From assembly GCA_039738635.1 (NCBI GenBank), contig JBCLLN010000005.1, forward strand, positions 1 to 58,224: a stretch of 58,224 nucleotides of DNA, read 5' to 3'. The stretch comes from Candidatus Saccharimonadia bacterium (lineage in GTDB: Bacteria > Patescibacteriota > Saccharimonadia > CAILAD01 > BJGX01). How positions within the stretch are numbered: the stretch's first letter is position 1; every line of letters begins with the position of its first letter. The notes beneath the pieces are model-generated. The model searched no databases and was not told where the DNA came from. It saw nothing but the letters and a program-made list of their open reading frames with translations. Shown piece after piece: positions 52,641 to 58,224 of the stretch. The position numbers were made by a program, and so were the translations under genes.

Positions 52641-54853
52641 ACACTGATCGGCAAGATAAATCTTGGATAGTTTGCCTTTCCACCTTTCCACCGCGACAGT
52701 GCGGTATAGCTACCTTTACCACTGACCTTACCAATGCTATTGATAAAATGTTTGGACCGTCGGTTAAGTCAAAGATTGTCGCGATGAATCTTACCGAAGT
52801 AAGTTATTTGCCCTATCCCGACAAAGTAATTCTACAGATCAGCCAGCCTCGCGCGGAGGACTATGTTAATGTCGCGGGCAAGCTTAACAATATCAAAGAG
52901 GTAAAGCTTGTCAATATTCAACATGAATTCGGTCTCTTTGGAGGGGAGTATGGCTCACATCTACTTCTGCTTCTAGAAAAACTGCAGAAGCCGATTGTTA
53001 CTACCATGCACTCTGTTCTTCCTGCTCCGGATGAAAAAATGCGCAGTGTCGTTCAAGCTATCATGAAATATTCGAAAGGAATAATCGTCATGACTCGCTC
53101 CTCAAAGGAAATTCTCGTTGATGATTATGGGCTGGATCCTGATCGAATTCAAGTTATTCCTCATGGTATCCATCATGTTCCCTATAGAACCAGTGAGCGC
53201 GCCAAGTCTGCCTTCGGCCTACCACACAAACTAATTCTCTCAACCTTTGGGTTTCTTAGCCCCGGCAAAGGGGTCGAGTATGTAATTGAGGCTCTACCAG
53301 GGGTAGTAGCTAAATTTCCCAATATTCAATTCCTTATCGCTGGCGTCACTCACCCCGTCGTTCTGGCTCAGCAAGGCGAAACTTACCGTAATGCACTTAA
53401 TAAAAAAGTGCAGCAGCTTGGTTTGGGCAATTATGTTTCTTTTTATAATACTTATTTTGATATAAATAAACTGCTTCAATTTTTGGAGGCTACTGACATC
53501 TATCTTGCCACTTCCTTGGACCCAAACCAGGCCGTCTCCGGCACTTTATCTTATGCCCTGGGTAGCGGGCGTCCGGTCATCTCCACCGCCTTTGCTCAAG
53601 CCAAACAAGATATTACGAGCGAGGTCGGCAGATTAGTTGACTTCAAAAACTCGCAGGCTTTTACCGATGCCATCATTGAACTAGTAAGTAATCAAGAAGC
53701 CTGTTTACAGCTTGGCAAAAACGCTTATTTTCGCACCAGGCATATGACCTGGGAAAATGTTGCTCATTCCTACTTAAAATATTTCTCACAGTTGGCGCCG
53801 GAGCTAGCCCTAGGGCAAAGAAAACTTCCACCCATAAAACTTGAACATTTGGCTAAAATGACCGATGATTTTGGCATTATTCAGTTTGCCCGGCTGACCG
53901 AACCGGATCTTTCTTCTGGCTATACCCTGGATGATAATGCCCGAGCCTTAATTGCGGTCGCTCTTCATTATAAAAAATTTGGGACCCGCTCGGCGCTAAA
54001 GCTTGCCTCTATATATCTCGATTTTCTTTATCGGGTAGTCAAGCCTGACGGTTATTTTGATAATTATGTCAATTCCAACCGTACTATTGATAAGCAAAGA
54101 AATATCCGGAAAAGTTCAGAAGATCCCAGTGCTCGAGCCTTGTATGCTTTGGCCTTGGTTTCAACTATCGAAGAAATTCCTAAACATTTTAGAAAACAAG
54201 CCCATACTCTCTTTGAGCAAAGTTTTCAGAAGAACATTGCTTTTTCCTCGCCTCGCGCTATCGCTTTTTATATCAAGGCCCTCCATTGCTTGCTGGCTAA
54301 ACACAAAGAGCCCGATACTCTTGCTGCCTTAAGGTCCTGTTCGGAACAACTCATGATTATGTATGACAAGAGTTGCTCTCCGGACTGGGAATGGTTTGAG
54401 CATTATTTAACATATTCAAACGCCATCCTGCCAGAAGCGCTCCTCCTCGGGTACGAAATAACCGGAGTAAAAAGATATCTTGAAGTGTCCCGGAAAACCC
54501 TCGACTTCTTGATCAACCATACTTTTAAAGACAATATCTATATTCCTGTTGGCCAAAGCGGCTGGTTCCCCAAGGGAGGGGCAAGACAGTATTTTGACCA
54601 GCAGCCCGAGGACACCACTGCCACTGTAGAGGCTTTAAATACAATGTTTCGGTTAACAAACGAGAAAGAGTATAAGCAGTTAGCGTATAGCGCATTTAAT
54701 TGGTTTCTGGGAGATAATTTTCTCGGACAGGTTGTGTATGATCGGACCACCGGAGGATGCTATGATGGGGTTGGAAAAAAATTTATTAACCTCAACCAGG
54801 GCGCCGAATCCACTATTTCATATCTTTTTGCCCGCTTCTCTTTTGAGGACTAA
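52637..54853 (+). CDS. GT4-family glycosyltransferase fused to a ~350-aa C-terminal helical domain
   Basis: The N-terminal half has GT-B/GT4 features (GG.gsh, E..G....EA-like region). ATGA coupling to the GH130 gene. Confidence 0.7.
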   Translation: MNTDRQDKSWIVCLSTFPPRQCGIATFTTDLTNAIDKMFGPSVKSKIVAMNLTEVSYLPYPDKVILQISQPRAEDYVNVAGKLNNIKEVKLVNIQHEFGLFGGEYGSHLLLLLEKLQKPIVTTMHSVLPAPDEKMRSVVQAIMKYSKGIIVMTRSSKEILVDDYGLDPDRIQVIPHGIHHVPYRTSERAKSAFGLPHKLILSTFGFLSPGKGVEYVIEALPGVVAKFPNIQFLIAGVTHPVVLAQQGETYRNALNKKVQQLGLGNYVSFYNTYFDINKLLQFLEATDIYLATSLDPNQAVSGTLSYALGSGRPVISTAFAQAKQDITSEVGRLVDFKNSQAFTDAIIELVSNQEACLQLGKNAYFRTRHMTWENVAHSYLKYFSQLAPELALGQRKLPPIKLEHLAKMTDDFGIIQFARLTEPDLSSGYTLDDNARALIAVALHYKKFGTRSALKLASIYLDFLYRVVKPDGYFDNYVNSNRTIDKQRNIRKSSEDPSARALYALALVSTIEEIPKHFRKQAHTLFEQSFQKNIAFSSPRAIAFYIKALHCLLAKHKEPDTLAALRSCSEQLMIMYDKSCSPDWEWFEHYLTYSNAILPEALLLGYEITGVKRYLEVSRKTLDFLINHTFKDNIYIPVGQSGWFPKGGARQYFDQQPEDTTATVEALNTMFRLTNEKEYKQLAYSAFNWFLGDNFLGQVVYDRTTGGCYDGVGKKFINLNQGAESTISYLFARFSFED

Positions 54854-54920
54854 ACTCGGTGCTATCTGTTTTTGAAGGTTCGGCGCGCGAGGCGCGCAGA
54901 AATGGTGCGAATCAGTTTCA

Positions 54921-54929
54921 TGATATACT
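54921..54929 (+). promoter_or_regulatory. extended -10 (TGaTATACT) 6 nt before ATG, leaderless-type
   Basis: tgatatact + agatgt + ATG(54936). Confidence 0.4.
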
Positions 54930-54935
54930 AGATGT

Positions 54936-55583
54936 ATGAATGTTAAAAAAAAGTTGGGTAAGAAAAAGTTAGTCTTTATCGCAATAGTTTTACTGATAGC
55001 CACATTTGCTGGTTTAGTGTTTTGGATCCAAAGTAATGAGGAAGGATACTATAGGTCTACTGACAAGGCGGGCAAAAAATACCTCAAAGATAGTTTTCAT
55101 GATGGTTCCGATCTATGGTATTGCTCAAAAAAAATTGAAGTCGTATATAAAAGTGGCTCGCCAGAGACACCAGAGACAGTTGTTGTTTATAGCCCAGTTA
55201 ATCAAGAGGAGTTTGTAAAATATTGCAGGACAAAAACAGTACTTGAATACCGTGCAGTAATTGACATACTCAAACGGAAAGATGTTAGCAGCACAATCGC
55301 AAAGTACGATACCACTAAAGCATGGGTCAAGGCTCTAGGGCACACATACATTAATGATAAAGACTATCTAAAGCGCATATTGCCTGCATACAGCAGTATG
55401 AAAATTGATTGCGTTATCGTTGTGCATTCCCCAGAGGGAACGAGGTTCTTTATTGAAAATGGAGAAAAACACGAAAGCCATGACGACCATCGTTATATCG
55501 AAGTTCAGGCCGAGGAGTTCTTGGCTTCATTAAATAAAGCTCCGGATGCTGACGTAACCAATTTTTGGCTCGGGCTTCACTAG
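54936..55583 (+). CDS. hypothetical TM-anchored protein
   Basis: N-terminal Lys-rich segment plus one TM helix. No recognisable motif. Confidence 0.5.
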   Translation: MNVKKKLGKKKLVFIAIVLLIATFAGLVFWIQSNEEGYYRSTDKAGKKYLKDSFHDGSDLWYCSKKIEVVYKSGSPETPETVVVYSPVNQEEFVKYCRTKTVLEYRAVIDILKRKDVSSTIAKYDTTKAWVKALGHTYINDKDYLKRILPAYSSMKIDCVIVVHSPEGTRFFIENGEKHESHDDHRYIEVQAEEFLASLNKAPDADVTNFWLGLH

Positions 55584-55642
55584 TGAGGCAATTAAGAACT
55601 AAGGACAGCCGTACTATCGCTGTTGTAAGCTTGTATTTTTAG

Positions 55643-55686
55643 TATTTTACGAGCACCTTACGGAAAAGGCGTCAGCCGTTATCCCG
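55643..55686 (+). repeat. isolated copy of the distal 44 nt of the tRNA-Val-associated 166-bp unit
   Basis: tattttacgagcaccttacggaaaaggcgtcagccgttatccc matches 46593-46635 and 46759-46801 with one mismatch. Confidence 0.85.
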
Positions 55687-55818
55687 ACCCCCCATCAATA
55701 TAAACCTCCCACCCCAATCTGGCTATTTATATTACTCATAAATAAGCGTATAATTATATAAAGATTATTAAGGAGGATATAGCGATGATGGTTATTCTGA
55801 TTTTCGGAGTAATAAACT

Positions 55819-57171
55819 ATGGATAATATTCAACAACCGATACAACCTCAACAAAATAACAATCTACCACCAATAACTCCCATTACGCCTGAACCTCATA
55901 AATCCAAGCTTTGGATTTATGTACTTGCTGGAATTTTGATTGTCGGGGTGGTTGTAGTGGCAGGAGCATTTTTTTTCAAAGGAAGATTACCACAAACGGA
56001 ATTGACACCACCACCAAAGTTAGATGACACCGGTTCAACGAAACAGGGCATACAAGCTGTCGCTAATGCAAATAACAAATTTGCTTTCAATTTATATTCC
56101 CAACTAAATAAATCTGAAAAAGGAAATGTTTTTTATTCTCCATATAGTATTTCTGCCGCTTTAGCAATGACATATGAGGGTGCAAAAGAACAAACAGCAG
56201 ACGAAATGAAGTCCGTTTTTCATTTTCCAGAAAGCAATATTTTAAGACCAAATTTTGCCGCAATCTATAATGACATCAATAAAGGTGCTAAAGATTATGA
56301 ATTGAGAACGGGAAATGCTTTGTGGGTTCAACAGGACTCTCCTCTTCTTGCGGATTATACGGGCAGGGTTGAAAAGTATTATGGCGGGAAGGCGACTAAT
56401 CTAGATTTCGTCAAAGAAAGTGAAAAATCAAGACAAACAATAAATAGTTTTATAGAAGAACAGACAAATAATAAAATTAAAGATTTAATTCCTACTGGCT
56501 CTCTTGGCGAGATGACGCGACTTGTTTTGACTAATGCAATATATTTTAAGGGAACTTGGCAGTGGGAATTTGATACATCTGACACTCGCGAAGAAGATTT
56601 CAAGATAACTCCCACCAACATAGTAAAAACTCCGATGATGAACATGAATTCTGGAAATGATAGGTTGAATTATGTTGACACAGAAGATGCACAAATTTTA
56701 GAATTACCATACAAGGGCGATAAAATCTCAATGCTGGTATTACTGCCAACCAAAGACCTTGCTTCAATCGAATCCACTTTGACAGCAGAAAAACTTATTG
56801 AGTATAGATCTAAAATGAAAGAAACGCAGTTGGATTCAATATCGTTTCCTAAATTTGAATTTGATACCAAATATTTCATGAATGATACTTTGAAGGCGTT
56901 AGGCATGCCGACAGCTTTTTCGGGAAACACTGACTTTTCTGGAATGACTGGCAAAAAAGATTTGTTCATTAGCTCTGTCATTCATCAGGCATATGTCAAA
57001 GTTGATGAGAAAGGAACAGAGGCGGCCGCCGCAACTGCCGTGATTATTGGCCTTACATCTGTCGAGCCGAGAAATGATTTCAGAGCAGACCGCCCATTTA
57101 TATTCATAATTCAGGAGAAAGACACCGGAAACATTCTATTTTTAGGTAGAGTAGTCAATCCTGCAAGTTAA
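55819..57171 (+). CDS. serpin-family protease inhibitor with N-terminal TM anchor
   Basis: NAIYFKGTWQ, inhibitory-type hinge EKGTEAAAATAV, FRADRPFIFII. Confidence 0.9.
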   Translation: MDNIQQPIQPQQNNNLPPITPITPEPHKSKLWIYVLAGILIVGVVVVAGAFFFKGRLPQTELTPPPKLDDTGSTKQGIQAVANANNKFAFNLYSQLNKSEKGNVFYSPYSISAALAMTYEGAKEQTADEMKSVFHFPESNILRPNFAAIYNDINKGAKDYELRTGNALWVQQDSPLLADYTGRVEKYYGGKATNLDFVKESEKSRQTINSFIEEQTNNKIKDLIPTGSLGEMTRLVLTNAIYFKGTWQWEFDTSDTREEDFKITPTNIVKTPMMNMNSGNDRLNYVDTEDAQILELPYKGDKISMLVLLPTKDLASIESTLTAEKLIEYRSKMKETQLDSISFPKFEFDTKYFMNDTLKALGMPTAFSGNTDFSGMTGKKDLFISSVIHQAYVKVDEKGTEAAAATAVIIGLTSVEPRNDFRADRPFIFIIQEKDTGNILFLGRVVNPAS

Positions 57172-57182
57172 GAATTTTTGCC

Positions 57183-57244
57183 CCCCGGCTTGTCCGCCGA
57201 AGTTTCAACGAAGGCGGAGCGTCGGGGCTGAGCTTGTGTTTTTT
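57183..57244 (+). terminator. GC-rich nested hairpin followed by a T-run
   Basis: ccccg..tccgcc..ggcgga..cgggg, then gtgtttttt 11 nt later. Confidence 0.4.
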
Positions 57245-57339
57245 GGAAGTTTTCCTCAAAATGGGTTCTAGTCTTGTCGTATAAGGAAGTTAAATATTAA
57301 ATTAAGCCTAATAATACTATTTATTAAATTTGGTTAAAG

Positions 57340-57345
57340 TATAAT
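57340..57345 (+). promoter_or_regulatory. -10 TATAAT 7 nt before ATG, leaderless-type
   Basis: tataat + agctact + ATG(57353). Confidence 0.4.
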
Positions 57346-57352
57346 AGCTACT

Positions 57353-58102
57353 ATGAGCATCAAAACAAGCACTAAAAAACCACTGAAGCTTTTAAAAATA
57401 TATAATGCCACAAAAGTAGAGTGGCTAGCTAATATTTTAGCTTATTCCAAGATAGTCCTAGTGGTTGCTATTCCAGTTGCGATACTCAATATCATTCAGG
57501 CTAATGGTAGTATTGGTGACTATGTCATCACGAGCCTAGTGGCTTGGTCTTTTGTGGTGATGGCAATTATAACCCTCTCAACCCATAAAAAACAGCTAAC
57601 AAATTTTAAACTTAGCGCAATTTTTACTCTAGCTAGTGCTAGACTCCTACAATACCTTGCGGTGTGCGTGGTGCTTATTCTATGCTCCACGCCAGCCATA
57701 GTGGGAATTTTTAGCGTACTTTCGCCATTTATGTCTCCCCAAATGCCGATTTATGTTTTTGTACCCTTGGGACTAGTGAGCATTTTTATAGGGGCCTACT
57801 TACTGACTTCTTTTAGTGTGGCCCAGACAGCGGTACTTGCCACTAACCATACCACAGTTCAGGCCCTCAGGCTGAGTGCTAAATTAACAAAAGGCTATAA
57901 AATTAAAATATTTATTGGTTATATGACGCTAATTATTATTGCCCTACTGATCCTGTTTGTAATAATTACTATCCTAGCCACCAACAAGGATCTCAATGAA
58001 AACAAGAATATCAGCAATCTCATATACCTTATTGTGGTAACAATTATATTGCCTATAATATTTATATTCCAGACCAAGCTTTATGAGAGGCTTAGTGAAT
58101 AG
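57353..58102 (+). CDS. polytopic membrane protein
   Basis: About six hydrophobic helices. No named motif. Confidence 0.5.
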   Translation: MSIKTSTKKPLKLLKIYNATKVEWLANILAYSKIVLVVAIPVAILNIIQANGSIGDYVITSLVAWSFVVMAIITLSTHKKQLTNFKLSAIFTLASARLLQYLAVCVVLILCSTPAIVGIFSVLSPFMSPQMPIYVFVPLGLVSIFIGAYLLTSFSVAQTAVLATNHTTVQALRLSAKLTKGYKIKIFIGYMTLIIIALLILFVIITILATNKDLNENKNISNLIYLIVVTIILPIIFIFQTKLYERLSE

Positions 58103-58224
58103 GCCTCAAGCTCAAGCAAGAGCCCAAGAACTGAAGGCCGTAATAGACGACTATCGCTACAAATACCATGTCTTAGATGACCCCACAATAACTGACGAAA
58201 TATACGATAGCCTAACTCGCGAAT
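58083..58224 (+). CDS. ligA: NAD-dependent DNA ligase, N-terminal fragment running off the window
   Basis: ..AQELKAVIDDYRYKYHVLDDPTITDEIYDSLTRE matches the LigA Ia-domain pattern (YY..D.P.isD.eYD.L). The start is uncertain (ATG 58083 or GTG 58095). Confidence 0.7.
   Translation, partial: MRGLVNRPQAQARAQELKAVIDDYRYKYHVLDDPTITDEIYDSLTRE

Overview
58.2-kb window from a low-GC, gene-dense bacterium. Hand-counted 60-nt lines give about 42% G+C in core genes. The gene content fits a small-genome Patescibacteria/CPR (Saccharibacteria-like) lineage: split transketolase, two PfkB kinases, an Rpf-like transglycosylase, a minimal ProRS with a stand-alone YbaK editor, a sortase-type surface protein, and many genes whose ATG lies 6-7 nt after an extended -10 box. 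This assignment is inference only.

Core genes: murI, a membrane acyl desaturase, a histidine phosphatase, an AlkA-like glycosylase, a P-type metal ATPase, proS, murB, a pterin dehydratase, xth, rpmG, an S1 protease, a gap-rpiB-rpe-tktN-tktC-kinase-kinase-trxB-grx block, uvrB, uvrA, uvrC, secG, a family-5 SBP, folD, and the 5' end of ligA. There are seven tRNA genes.

Accessory and unusual content:
1. Two direct copies of a Y1 (IS200/RAYT-like) transposase gene with REP-like inverted ends bracket a ~1-kb high-GC cargo. The cargo encodes an LAxTG-sorted surface protein and lies next to tRNA-Gln.
2. A second high-GC insert between uvrA and uvrC carries a frameshifted gene.
3. Two diverged copies of a ~300-nt ORF-free conserved element may be a structured RNA or a non-autonomous element.
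4. Two paralogous ~650-aa proteins end in 60-bp (20-aa) tandem repeat arrays. They share a conserved leader and are flanked by short MITE/REP-like elements.
5. One MITE has perfect 17-bp TIRs, a TAAA target duplication, and a paralogous empty site.
6. A 963-bp insertion with 53-bp direct repeats places a PD-(D/E)xK (HsdR-N-like) gene between uvrB and uvrA.
7. A tRNA-rich hotspot (44.5-57.3 kb) has tRNA 3'-end duplications, a 166-bp tandem repeat, small coiled-coil gene cassettes, and a GH130/GT4/serpin block with a truncated XRE gene at its edge.

I found no CRISPR array, rRNA, integrase or recognisable defence operon. All function calls rest on motif recognition by eye, not on searches.
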